Below the pieces are notes generated by a model. It had not been told where the DNA came from and did not search any database. It was given only the letters and a program-made list of their open reading frames with translations. Made by a program: the position numbers and the translations under genes. Positions 23,124 to 38,979 of a stretch of DNA of 64,000 bases are shown here, piece by piece. Position 1 is the first letter of the stretch; every line of letters starts with the position of its first letter. Source of the DNA: the human T2T-CHM13v2.0 reference genome, Homo sapiens. Where the stretch lies: assembly GCF_009914755.1 (NCBI RefSeq), contig NC_060940.1, one strand, 5' to 3'.

Positions 23124-24817
23124 AGAAAAAAAAAAGTCATTGTGGTAATACTAACAAGCCAAGCACATCCACTTAACTTCCCCAGTGCACTCAGCATTTT
23201 ATATGCATTGTCTCATTTCAGCCAACCACGCTATAAAGACAGAAGATGAGTTTTTGTGTCCATTTTACTGTGCAGACTGAGTCACTGAGCGGTTAGGGTT
23301 ATGTCATGAGTAACGGCAGAGCCAGGAATTAAACCCCATTGCCCAAGCTGTCCTTGACTTTCAATCTGACCTGGTTCGTTGCCCTGAAACACTAGGGGTT
23401 CCAGTTGAATGACCAGAGACCCTAGGGTGTGTGGCTCAAAACAAATTTCTCGGAGGCCATCACTGGGGGTGATGCAGCAGAGTCCCTTCCCCACACCTCA
23501 CTGCATCTCCCTCTGCACGGTTGCCAGTGGACAGCCAGAGGAATCCCTCTTCCCCTCGTGAAAACAGCTGTTACCGAAAAGGGATGGAGCTGGGGCTTCC
23601 TTCTAAATCCCTTTTCTCTGGAAAGTAAAGGAGAAAAGTCCCAAGAGCAAGGAATGTCTCACAGAAAGCAAACCATCTCCTGGGCTTCTGGACTCGACAT
23701 TTTCCCTGAGTGGTGGTGGGGTGAGGGGACAGAGAGCGTGAGGGACAGGAGGAGTGGGGGCGCTGTACCAAAGTCAACATTTAAAATCTATTTCTCTTCC
23801 CCTGAATTTTTCAGACTTGCAGCCATGAGGAATTGTTTCCTTAATTATATTCAACTTCCAGCACACTCTTGGCTGAAGTTTAGGTGATGTTGCGTAAAGC
23901 AAAATGAGAAACACAGGGCATCCATCTGTGTGTATGCTCATATGTATATGAATATTTACTCATATATTAAATTTCCCTCCACCCCTGTCTCCATCTCCTC
24001 ATTTAGCAAAGAAATAAAAGGACCACTGGGCTGAAGCTCAAATCCCTCCTAAGCAGAGGGAAATCTGGGTGTCATGGTTTCCAGAAAGGGAACACAATCC
24101 CCGTATGGGGTGTAATTACATCTTAGCTTTCTGCAGAAGAATAGTTTATGGCTTAAATGCTATTAATTGTAAGCCGTTTTGTTCCATGGGAAGTTGTTCA
24201 TTGATAACTACCCAATTAGGGTTATTTTGCAATTAGTCTATTCACAGTAAATTTATTGCAAATGGGGGAGTCTGTGGTGTAGCAAATTAAAGCGTCGCTG
24301 AGGCTGGGTGTGCAATGGCTTTTAAATGCCAATCTTATTAACCAGCTCACAGGTCCTGGGAGGGTGCGCTATCCTGGCCAGTGCACTAAAGGCCTCAGGA
24401 CAAACTCCGGCAAACTCACACTGCAAAGCCATCCGGAGATAACCTCAGCATGACCAGGAGAAGTGCAGGAACCCCTGGCCTAAGATGCTGAGGTTCTGAT
24501 TTTTTTGAACAACTGTGGAGCAGTCATAAAGCAAATAGGGATGCAATGTACATTAGCACTACCAGGTACAGTTCTTAGCTGTGTACTAGGCCCTTGGAAA
24601 CCCTCTAAGCTAAGTGTGATGATGCTCATCTCCCCTTTACAGATGGAGAAACTGAGGCACAGAGAGGTCAAGCAACTTGCCCAAAGTCCTACAGCTTGTG
24701 CACGGGACACCTGGGATTCAGATCCACGTGGTCTGCCTCCACCACCCCAGGCTCTTAAGCACTGACAGCATCAGCACCCCTGGTTTCCCAATAATGCCCT
24801 GCCTTCTTCTCCCTTGC

Positions 24818-24821
<4 letters not shown>

Positions 24822-24857
<36 letters not shown>
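24822..24857. repeat. (GA)n microsatellite
   Basis: Directly visible. Confidence 0.95.
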
Positions 24858-24862
<5 letters not shown>

Positions 24863-25135
24863 CTGCAGGTGGAAGAACACCTCTGGGGCTTGACAATGTG
24901 AGATAAAGTGACCCTTCTGCCTCCCCAAGAGGGACAGGCTTATGGAAAGGGATACAGGCTCTGTAACATGAGTTCCAGTACCAGCTCTGTCATCTGCTGG
25001 CCATGTGTTTCTGGCCAAGGACTCCCCTTCCTTGAGCCTCGATTTCCTCACTGACAAAAAGGGTTCACAATAGACTCAGCCTGTAGGGCTGGTGTGGGGA
25101 CACAGTGTGACAAGGCAGTGTTGCACATATTAGCA

Positions 25136-25893
<758 letters not shown>

Positions 25894-25906
25894 TAGACAG
25901 TGATAG

Positions 25907-26292
<386 letters not shown>

Positions 26293-26706
26293 AGCCTATT
26301 TTTATAAGTTAGGTTTAATGGGAACATAGCGCATTTGTGTATGTGTGGTCTCTGGCTGCTTCTGCCCTATGACGGATGGCAGACTTGAATAGCTGTGACA
26401 AAGACTGGCCCCCAAATCCTCAAATGCCTAAGATCTGGCCCTTCACAGAACAAATGTGCTGTCTCTGATATACAGAAGGAGCTCAATATTTCGTTCATGG
26501 AATGGCATTCAACTCAGGCCTCCAAAACTTCTCCACCAGGCACAGGTTAACAAAAGATGCTGGAAACGTTGCACTCCACTTAATTATTGCTACACTCTGT
26601 GTGCCAAATCTAATCAAGAATATAGACAGGAACCACCTCGACCACTTAGACAAGGGTGAAACAGCAAGGCAGAAAGGAAGCTTTTCTTTCTAAATCTTTC
26701 TATTTA

Positions 26707-27035
<329 letters not shown>

Positions 27036-27365
27036 AAGTATTGCACAGACACATGCTTGCTACTAGAAACTAAAATAATATAGATGCACTTGTTAAAGTT
27101 GTCCCTGCTGCCACCCTGTCCCTGCAGATGGGGGGGCCATAAGGAAGGTTTGCTGTCTATCCATCCAGCCCTCTTTCTGTGCAATGAGTGTAGGTGGCCA
27201 CCTCCTATTTGATCTAAATCCTCTATTCTGTGACCAGTGGTAAACACAGAGGCACATATTTAAAATGAAAAACACCTCTAATTAACTGGGGGACCTGGCA
27301 TAAGTCTCCTCCCCTCTATGAGCCTCATGTTCTTATCTGTCCAGGGAATCGAATGAAGAGTTCTC

Positions 27366-27684
<319 letters not shown>

Positions 27685-29106
27685 TTAAGAGGTCTTTTTA
27701 GTCTACTTTTCTGGGGAGCCATTCTCTTGCTGCACTTCCTTTCTTCATCAAGAGAGTTGGGTGAATTGACCATTTGCCTTCTCAGGAGGACACCAGGCAA
27801 AGCCTTGCATGGCTCCCGGATGCACCGATGCCGGTGGAACGGAAAGCCCTTCCTCCCCAATTCTGCAGCTGGCTTGATTCTCTGACTTTATGCCTTGACA
27901 TTGAGCAGCACCTCAGTGGATCCCTTCCAGCTGCATCTGTTGACCCTGACACCTCCCCAATCTCCATCTAGCTCGACTCTGACATGCCCCCAACCCCATC
28001 GGAGCCCCCAGAGCTCTCTGTTGCCTCCTTGCTGGCCTCCGTGCTCATTTAAGGGTCTTTTCCCTTCGGAGATAACAAAAGCAGGGGTTGGTATTTGGAT
28101 TTAGAAGCGACAAGGGGGTACTGTGAACCTTTGGCCACTTTGTGAGGGACAGCTGGGCTGGCCTTGCAGTGTGGCCCAATGAGAAGGAGGGATGGCCAGG
28201 AGTAAAGAGTGAAGTAGGCTCCCAGGGAAGGTGGAGCAAAAAGACCCCTAGAATGCAAGCTGCTCCCTGGACAGATAAGAAATCTAGGCCCTGAGAGCAG
28301 AAAGGACTCTCCCTGTTAGCTGGTAGCTGAGCTTGAATGAAATCCACACCCGTTTATTTCAAATGCATTCCTCTCTGTTTGTTGCTAGTGGCACCAACTC
28401 TTCGTGGGAAGGTGCCTTTTGGATGCTATCCGCCCTCTCCACAGAGAAAACCACTGAGCAAACGAATTCACAAACATTTTGAGAATATCTTCTCCAAGGA
28501 AAAAAGTAAAATTTAAGAGTGCTCCCAGAGGCTGGATTATCGTAAGCTATGGTGGCAGGGGCTAGCGGGAGGGAAGGGGGCGTGCCCTAAACAACAGTGA
28601 CCACGAGTCAATAACCAGCGACCACGTGGCTGGGTGATGGTACATTGGGGTTCTCTCTACTCTGAGTGGGTCCGAAATTTCCTGCCATAACAGTAAGCTT
28701 GTAAGATCACTTAAAGGCCATGTGACCTTGGGAGAGGGATTTTACATCTCTCATCTGAAAAAAATTGGGCTCATGACATCAGCATCAGCCTCAGAGAGTG
28801 TTGGATGTGATAAACAAATTGACTGCACAGAGCCTGGTGCGGTGTCTAGCACACAGCGAAGCCTCAGCAGCCCCCTGTGGCTGCTGTCATTCCCCTTCCA
28901 AGGGCACTAGAGAAGGTGAAAATCACTACCAAGAAATACACATCAATGGCACGATTGCACATGCGCTAGTGAAACTGGACTCCCCATCTTCAGATGGCCC
29001 CTCCACTCTGCCTGTGAATTTCTGGATCAGAGCTTGGATCCCTCCGTGTCTCAGCAAGAGAGCTGGTTTATCATCAGGTCATCCGCACATAAAAGAGTGC
29101 CAGTGA

Positions 29107-29552
29107 AGGGAAAGAGGGAGGGGAAAAGCAAAGAGCAAGGAAAGGTGGAAAGAAGGAAGGAAGGAAGGAAGTAAAGAATGAAGGAAGGAAAAGAAGAAAG
29201 GAGGGAGGGAGGAGAGAAAAATTAGGAAAGAAGAGGACAGAAAGCAGGAAGGAATGTAGAAGGGAAGAAAGAAAATAGGAAGAAAAGAGGAAAGGAGAGA
29301 GAAAGAAAATTAAAATAAGGAAGAAAGGAAATAGGAAAGAAGGAAGGGGGAAGAGAGGAAAATAAGGAAGGGAATGAGAAGAGGGAAGAAAAGGAAAGGG
29401 AGAAACAAACCAGGAAGAAAATGAGGAAGAAAGGGAGGAAAAAGGGAGAAAGAAAATAAAGGAATGAGAAGGAAAGAAGGAGGGAAACAGGAAACATATG
29501 AGGAAGAAAGAGAAGAGAAGAGGGAAAGAAACTTTTGATGAAGGAAAACGGA
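29107..29552. repeat. Purine-rich (GA/GGAA) low-complexity tract
   Basis: About 450 bp almost entirely A/G on the plus strand. Confidence 0.93.
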
Positions 29553-29823
29553 AAGTTACAGAGCCTCTGAAGTTAATGCAACCAATTAGAAACCTCTCAA
29601 ATCATAATCAATTACAATAATATTCATATCAATTCTAATCCCAATATTCTACTGAAAGAGAAACGAAACCATATCAATACAGCTCCCTTGGCTCCTGCCA
29701 GCATCACATCAGCTCCCGATTTCACTATAATTTCATCCTTTGCCATAAAGGCAATGGGTTAAAGCACCTACAAAAGGTAATCTGATTTTGCAAAATTTTT
29801 CTGATACAAGACTTCAACACTCA

Positions 29824-30537
<714 letters not shown>

Positions 30538-31624
30538 TCATGCTAAGCAGACTGGCCTTTGAAGAGTGAGTCATACGGACTTGGAAGCCGGGGCCATAGT
30601 TTCACATCCTACTTTTGCTACTGGTTTAACCTCTGGTAAGATGGCTCTCTCTGGACCTCAGTTTCCCCATCTGGAAATAGGAGATGTTCCAACCAGAAAC
30701 CAAGGCTTTTTCAAGCTCTAAAGTGCCATGACTACGATTCTCAATGCTTCTTATTAACCACACCTTTTCAAGTCAGTTTCTTTCCTTGACTGTCTTTGCC
30801 ACTGGGTAACAAACATTTTGTTCCAGCGTCCCGTTTAAATTCCAGCTGAAAGTGCTGTGATGGTTTACTTAAGGGCTGGAAATGATATAATAAAGTTATA
30901 AAGGGAAAAATATTGGTAGGATATTACATACATTCCATTGCCTTTAGGACATGCTCATATATCTATGCCCATAAGAGAAATCAGACTGAGCCGTTGTAAA
31001 TTCTGTGGGAAAGAAACCAGCCGCAATTTTTTTTTTTTTTTTTAAGAGGAATGCAGCCCTTGTAGAATAAACTTTACACTAAGTCCTGGAGCAAAGCAAA
31101 CTTGCGACACTCTTGTGCTTGAGTTTGGCTCTTCATGTGTGTACATGGAACAGAAGTGATGAAGTCATTTGGGGTCAAGACAAAGATCAGGAGTCATTCT
31201 GGAGACCACGCATGGCATGGATGTTTCCAGAAGGGCTGGACCCCAAACTCAGCTCCTCCATGGGTAAATGGGTCCTGGTTACTTTGATCAGTCGAATGAT
31301 CAAATGCATCATTCAACCAATGCCCCAAATTGTTTCTGCAACATGTTGCTTCTGCTTAAAGCTCATTCCCAAGGCCTTAATCTGAAAGCATATCCAGTGT
31401 CCTACAACACGGCCCCTGACCTCTGAAGCCACAGAGAAGAGTAATGGCTCCATATAGCTGCCCTTGTTGCTACGGAAACACAGGGGCAATGGGCGGCATC
31501 CCTGCTAGTCCTCCTTTTAAGGAGGGCTGAAATATGCCTCTTACCAGTTCCCAAGGAAAAAGGTGTCGGGGCCTGAACAGCGGATCTGCAGGGGTACCCA
31601 AGAGCAGCTGACCCTCAGCAAGGC

Positions 31625-31832
31625 TCCCACCCCAGCAGGTCAGCAAACAACTGCCTGTGTTTTTTATAAATAAAGTTTTATTGAAACACAGCCATACCTG
31701 TCCATTTGTGTATTGTCCATGGCTGCTTTCCTGATACAATAGCAGAGTGAATAGTTGCAATAGAAACTTTCTGGTCTGAAAAGCTTAAAATATTTCTATC
31801 CAGCCCTTTAAGAAAATGTATGCAGACCCCTG
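31625..31832 (+). mobile_element. MER58A
   Basis: tttttataaataaagttttattgaaacacagccatac...aaaatatttctatccagccc...gcagacccctg. Confidence 0.8.
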
Positions 31833-31943
31833 CTCTGCTGGAGTGTGAGTTAAAAGGCCTCCTCCTCTGGGACTGGGTTAGTTGCTTCTGTCCTCACCAT
31901 CCATATACGACTTAGTGATGGCCTGGAGAAGAAGGTGCCCCTA

Positions 31944-32255
31944 GGACTGGGCGTGGTGGCTCACACCTGTAATCCCAGTACTTTGGGAGGCCGAGGCAGG
32001 TGAATCACTTGAGGTGAGGAGTTTGAGACCAGCCTGGTCAACATGGCAAAACCCCATCTCTACCAATAACACACACACACAAAAAATAGCTAGGGGTGGT
32101 GGTGCACACCTGTAGTCTCAGCTAACTCAGAAATCTGAGGCAGGAGAATTGCTTGAACCTGGGAGGCGGAGGTTGCAGTGAGCTGAGATTGCACCAATGT
32201 ATTCCAGCCTGGGGGGAGAGTGAAACTGGGTCTCAAAAAAAAAAAAAAAAAAAAA
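31944..32255 (+). mobile_element. Alu (AluS-like)
   Basis: Full-length with poly-A. Confidence 0.95.
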
Positions 32256-34693
32256 GATGCTCCTCTAGCCTCTGCTCCATTGCTCCTAGCAGTAAGCACG
32301 AATTTCTCCTATTTGTTGGAGGCTCTGACACTAAGACACCTTGTGGCCATTCTGTAAGCTGAGTACTGCTATGACTTTCATTTTGCAGATGGGAAACTAA
32401 GCACCCATGAACAAGTGACTTGCCCAGGGTCACCCAGCTAGTTGGCGGTGAAGCTGGAATTCAAACCAGGCAGATCACAGACCCCACACTCTGGGCTACC
32501 AGGGACATGATCCACTTCCAAGAAATTGTATGATCCTTATTACACCCATCACCCAAAACCCTTAAGTACTGCAAGCTGACACTGAACCACAAGATCTGGC
32601 CCCTCCCACCCAGCTAAATGAATCTGCTAGAGGTGTGTGACCTCCAAATTGCAATCTTCAGGCTGGCTAGTGGCCTATTGTGTTGCAGGAAGTCATATAG
32701 AGACAGTAAGCAGCAGCCACGAAGCACGTGGAGTTTGAGGCTGCAGGAGCTGGGAGGTAACAAGGTAGGAAGAAGGAAAAAGAACCAAGAAAAAAACAGC
32801 TGACCAGTCCATATTGGGTCACAGGGCGGCTACTGGTTGTACACAGGAACTGCTTTTATATCCTGACCTATAAATGAGGGCCTTCTGCTTCTGGTCTTTC
32901 TTATTCTCCACAGATACCTACAAAAAAAATCCCCTTCAGTTGGTACCTAGAGTACATCTTTATTCTTGTAACCTAAACAAAACCTGCTGATGTTCCTCTT
33001 TTCCCTTTTTTTCTATCCAGAGGCCCTTGAAGAGTCCCAAGCAGCCTCTCAGGCGCATTTTCTGAGCTCTTACCATGAGCCAGGCACCACAGTAAGTTAT
33101 TCACAGGTATTACTTATAGGGTACTGACAATTGGATGTATTTATCTTGCCATTTTATAGAACGAGGAGCCAACGCTTGTTGTGATACATTCTTCACTATG
33201 GATCACGTGCTAGGTGCCATGCTAAGCCCTTGGATGCAGTACCTCACTTAACTCCTGGAAATAATTTCCAACGTAGGCACTACTGTTCGCCCACCTTACA
33301 GAAAAGGGTGGAAAATAAGGTTGGGGATGTCGAGTAATTTGCACAAATTCATGTTGGGGAGGCAGCGAACTTGCATCTGCCTGATTCTAAAATCTGCTAT
33401 TGTATCACGCCTCTTGTGTTTTGCTGAGAAGTAAATCAAGAAGCATTCAGTTCCCCTGCAGTGGAATAATGGGTATCACCATCTTTGCTCATATTAGCGT
33501 CTGTCGGGATGGAGCTGATGGGGCAGGGGTGGCATTCAATAAAGCTATGAAAAATCATTTCTGTTCCATTCCTTCTAGGGATGTGTTAGGATTGTATGTC
33601 CCTATCCCTTGTATATTAGGCACAGACAGGAAACATGCTATGGCCAAGAGCAGTGACTGGAACCCATAAGGTGTCATTCCCTGGATACCACAATATCCAG
33701 CCACACTCCTGCTGGTGGAGGTCATGCATCCCTGAGTGAGGCCCATGTGGAGTAGAGACTCTACCAACCCTCAGTGTGCAGAAATTGACCCCTGCTGCTT
33801 TGAGTCACTGAGATTTGGGGGATCTGTGTTACTGTAGCATGGTCTAACTCATCCCGATTAATCCAGGAGCTAACCTGATCTCCTTTCTTCCTTTGAGCTG
33901 AGTCAGGTACAGGAGCCAATTTTTTTCTCCCTCCAACAGACAGAAAAATCTATTGACGACTCCCATGCTCCAAGAACATAAATTTAAATTCTGTCCCTAA
34001 GCCCATTTTCTAGAAGTTTCTAGAAATGTCTAAAGGGCAGGGAGTAAGCCAGAAGAGCTACTGCCCTGATGGACATCTTCGTTTTCTCTCTTCAGACATA
34101 TCCTAAGTGTCATTCTGGGGCCCTTCTCTTTCCTTGTTATCAGCAAGTTTCCCCGCCACACAACAGAAAACCTCCACAAACCCCCATTTCAAAAGCTCCT
34201 GTTCTCCATCACTTTCTGGCTGAACTTTGCCAAGCAAAACCAGACAGAAAACACTGCGATCATCTCCCTCCACCCCCCACGGCCAATGAAGCTAATCTGA
34301 CAATCAGAGAATGGCCAATTCCTCTGGCTAATGTGTAATATCAGGAAGAGGCACCACCATTGATTCTGATGGGACTCATGATTAATACCCGCTCTCTACT
34401 CAAGACAGGCCACCACAATGGCGATGATTAGCTTGTGGTGGCCCTGTGAACTTCTGCCTGGCCCCAGATGCTACTCAGCTGCCATGGGAACCCAAAAGAT
34501 TTGAGTATAAGAGGGAAGGAAAATATTTTGTCTTCTGGAACAAAAGGGCTCACAGATACTAGATCGCTTCCAGAAAAGTCAGAGAGAGGCGCAGTCAGCG
34601 AGAATTGGAGGCCTGAGAATTTCTGTCCCTCAGAGTCACTGTCATTTTCTATAGTGACTGCGGCGTTCTCTCTGGCTTCCCCCCTTCAATTCA

Positions 34694-34976
<283 letters not shown>

Positions 34977-35472
34977 TATGATAATAACACTTAACATGAG
35001 ATCTACCCTCTGAACCAATTTTTAAGTGTGTATTATTGTTGACTATGCAGCTATAGTCAACACTATAGTACTATATGCAACATACAGCAAATTGTTGTAT
35101 ATTGTTGCATGTACTACTATATTGTTGGCTATAGTACTGCACAGCAGGTCTCTATGGCTTCTTCATTGTGCATGCATGATTGAGATGTTATGCCTGTCCA
35201 TCAGCAACTCCCCATGCTCCTCCCCAATCCCCCAACTCCTGGCAACTACTACTTCACTCTCTGGTTCTAGGATTCGGACTATTTTCGATAGCTGATAGAA
35301 GCAGAATAAACACGTGTACTATCTGTCCTTCTGTGACTGGTTTCTTTCAGTTAGCATAATGTCCTCAGAGTTCATCCATGTTGCTGTATGTTGCAGGATT
35401 TTCTTCTTTTTGAAGCTAACATCCATTGTGTGTATATGCCACATTTTCTTTATCCAGCCATCCAAGGATGGA
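34977..35472 (-). mobile_element. L1MA-type 3' fragment with an internal fold-back insertion
   Basis: aacacttaacatgagatctaccctc...cagcaactcccc...ttagcataatgtcctcagagttcatccatgttg. Confidence 0.8.
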
Positions 35473-35898
35473 CATGACATATCACTTCATGTTCCCCCTA
35501 ACTCTTCATCTGACTGCCAAGGGGCAAACAGATTTTGGCTTTTCTGTCCTTTCTGTGGAGACTCAAGATCCAGAAAGCCAAACCCAGGATCCCTTCCCTT
35601 CACAAAACCAATCTTGGGAGGTCTCCAGGCAGACCCATAAAAAATAACCATCATATGCCCAGCACCCAAGTGGCCCATGCTCTGTGTCCTTTGAATCTTC
35701 TTGAAAACTCACCAAAACAGACAGTATTAGTACTCCTTAAGAGGAGGAAACTAACATAGAGAGAGGTTAAATAACTTGACCGAGGCTACACTGCTAGTAA
35801 TGAAGTGATTCAAACTCTCTGTGTCTCAGTTTCCTCATTTAAAACATTGGGATGATAACACCTTGGTATCCATGGGGATGATAATAATATCCATCTCA

Positions 35899-36192
35899 GG
35901 CCGGGCACAGTGGCTCACACCTGTAATCCCAGCACTTTGGGAGGCTGAGGCGGTCGGATCATGAAGTCCGGAGATCGAGACCATCCTGGCTAACACTGTG
36001 AAACCCCGTCTCTACTAAAAATACAAAAAATTAGCTGGGCGTGGTGGCACGCACCTGTAGTCCCAGCTACTCAGGAGGCTGAGGCAGGAGAATCGCTTGA
36101 ACCCAGGAGATGGAGGTTGCAGTGAGCCAAGATCGTGCCCTGCACTGCAGCCTGGGTGACAGAGTGAGACTCTGTCTCAAAACAAACAAACA
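35899..36192 (+). mobile_element. Alu (AluSc/Y-like)
   Basis: gagatcgagaccatcctggctaacac diagnostic. Confidence 0.93.
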
Positions 36193-38401
36193 ACACCTCA
36201 CCTCTTGGGTAATTCAGTGAGGAAGAGTGTATGTAAAACTACTAGAATATGCCCACCACACAAAGCTGGAAGAAGAATGAGCAGTAAACCAGACTGGGGA
36301 ACTCTACCAATTAACACTCTCTCTCCCCTGACAGTCTCTGCCTAGAGGACAGATGGGTTATTATTTCGCAATTGTGATCAACTGGCATCATCTTCTCTAC
36401 TCTTCATCAATCCAACTCTCTCACCTTGAGTTATTTATGCTAATGCAACCCTTTGACTTACTTTATTTTAATGTACTTATTACAATGATTGCACATTCAA
36501 ATGTTTGTGTGCAAGCTCCAAAACTCTAATTGCTCTGCTGTTGCCTTACCTCTAAGCTGCTGCTAGAATCCATTTTTATTCTGGAGAAATAATTAAATGC
36601 AATAATGTCCTCCATTCCCATTCAACCTTGGGCATGTTTAGAGTCAATTTCAATCAGGTAGAAATATGCTAAACATAATATGGCTCCGAGAAGCAGGTTA
36701 CCTGACCCACGCTGCTGCTGCAAAGACACGTGGGTCTGTTTCCATTTTTCCCAGGTTCTCTTGGTTCAGGATGAATCAATACTTAGTCTACTGAATCCTG
36801 GCCCCTTGCTCCCATTTCTGAGGGGTGGGGGTGGGTTGCCGTGATTTTTAAACTATCCACCTTTGCTCTTATTGTTTATGTAGGAGAAGACCTGGGTACT
36901 AGTATTGCATTAGCTGATGTCCAATTTTCTTATCTGTAAAATGATGTGTCCCGAATGTGTGTTACTAACCATTCTGAGTTAGTTATTAATCAATATATTC
37001 AATGAACAAAATTCTGCCACTTCAGCTCATTAAAACAATTCGATGGACCTTAAGAGACCAGGAACTGAGGACAAAATGGAAGCTTCAAAGCGCATCCCGT
37101 CTGCAGCCCTATCCCTCTATTATCGTCTATAGCAGCACACTGAGATTCAGAGGTCTGGACTCAGGAAGAAGTGAGTTTGATTCCTCCCTTCTCCATTTGC
37201 TGGGGTTCTTCAAGCTGGGACAGAACATTTCGCCTCTCTTTGCCTCAGTTTCCTCATCCATCCCAGAGAGCCGAAGATGGCACCTACTTCCCAGGGACTG
37301 AATCGATCAAGCATAGAAGATAGTGCCTGACACGTCCAAAGTGCTTAAGAAACACGTATGTCTTAGGTTCCGTTCCAAGCCTGTTGCATGTACTAACTCA
37401 TTTAATCTCCATGATGAGCTGATAAAGAAGACGCTATATTTTCTACCCATTTTTCAGATTGGAACATTAAGGTTCAGGGAGGTTAAATGACTAAGTCCAC
37501 ACACCTAGGAAACAGAGGAGCCAGGATTTGAACCCAGGCTGTCTAGGTCTGGAGGTCATGCCTTTCAATACCCCACTGCCTCTCCGCAGCTATTAGGAAT
37601 AGGGACAGGGCCAAAGGGAAACCCCAGCCAGGTGCACTGCTCACACATGAGGGCGCCCGGCCCACCCGCTCATCGTGATCAGTTTACGGCTTCCTTTTGT
37701 GCCATGTGCACGCACAGCCGGCTGGGTAGTTATTTGGTGTTGAACTCAGTGTCCGAGGCTTCGTTCCAATCACCAAGGCTACCAAGGCCACTGGGAGGGA
37801 CAAACAGGGAGAGGCCTGCACCTGCTTCCAAAAGGACCTCCGTGCCAGGGTAGGCGAACGGTGGAAGCACAGTGTGTGTGGCTGTACCAATTAGAACATG
37901 CAATTACCCAGGCTGCCAATGCAAATAGACCTAACAGAGGCCCCTCGCCCAGCTCATCTGCATGCACAAAAGGTGGCTGGCCAGCACTTAGAAACCCGTG
38001 GACCACGCTGGACGCAGGCAGGCCCTGCTTTAACAGAACCCTAAGTAAAAAGCCCTTTGCAATGTAGCATCATGTTAATGGGATGCAAAACAGCACAGGG
38101 TGAGGCAGGAAGGAGTGAGACTGATAGGGCTGGGTTGGAATCCAGTCTCTGCTCCTTAACTCTGAGACGGAGGGCAAGAGGTTTAACCTCTCAGAGCCTC
38201 ATTTTTCTCATCTACAAAAGAAGGGGGTAAGAAGACCTACTTTGCAAATGTAAGGTGGGGATTAACTAATATGTCATGCACATATAATTCTATTTAACAA
38301 AACAACATTGGGTGAGAGGCTTGATACATGTTAAGCACTCAAGTGGCAGCAGGATGATATTTTAAGCTAGCGCCTTGTCACTTGATGAGCAAGTCTGAGT
38401 C

Positions 38402-38700
38402 TTTTGTTTGTTTGTTTGAGACGGAGTCTCGCTCTGTCGCCCAGGCTGGAGTGCAGCGGTGCGATCACGCTCATCGCAAGCTCCGCCTCCCGGGTTCACG
38501 CCATTCTCCTGCCTCAGCCTCCCGAGTAGCTGGGACTACAGGCGCCCGCCACCAAGCCCGGCTAATATTTTTTGTATTTTTTAGTAGAGACGGGGTTTCA
38601 CCATGTTAGCCAGGATGGTCTCAATCTCCTGACCTCATGATCCGCCCGCCTCAGCCTCCCAAAGTGCTGGGATTACAGGCGTGAGCCACCACGCCCGGCC
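38402..38700 (-). mobile_element. AluY (young, CpG-rich)
   Basis: gcaagctccgcctcccgggttcacgccattctcc; ttagccaggatggtctc; TSD aag(t/a)ctgag(t/a)ctttt. Confidence 0.93.
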
Positions 38701-38979
38701 AAGACTGAGACTTTTTGGAAAGGCAGAGTGTTGAGGCACAGTGGGTTGAAATCTGGACCCTGGCCTTTGCTCACTGTGTGGCCCAGGGCACAGTGCCTAA
38801 CTTTGTCTGCCTCAGTTTCCTTCTCTGTAAAATGGGGACAATAATGAGTACCCAATCTAATGAGGCTGTTATGAGAATTAAGAGTCAATGAATTTAAAAC
38901 ACTTAACTTAATACCTAGAACTTAATAAATATTAGGTATAATTTATTAAAATAGAATTAATGATTGCAATGGTGACTTA

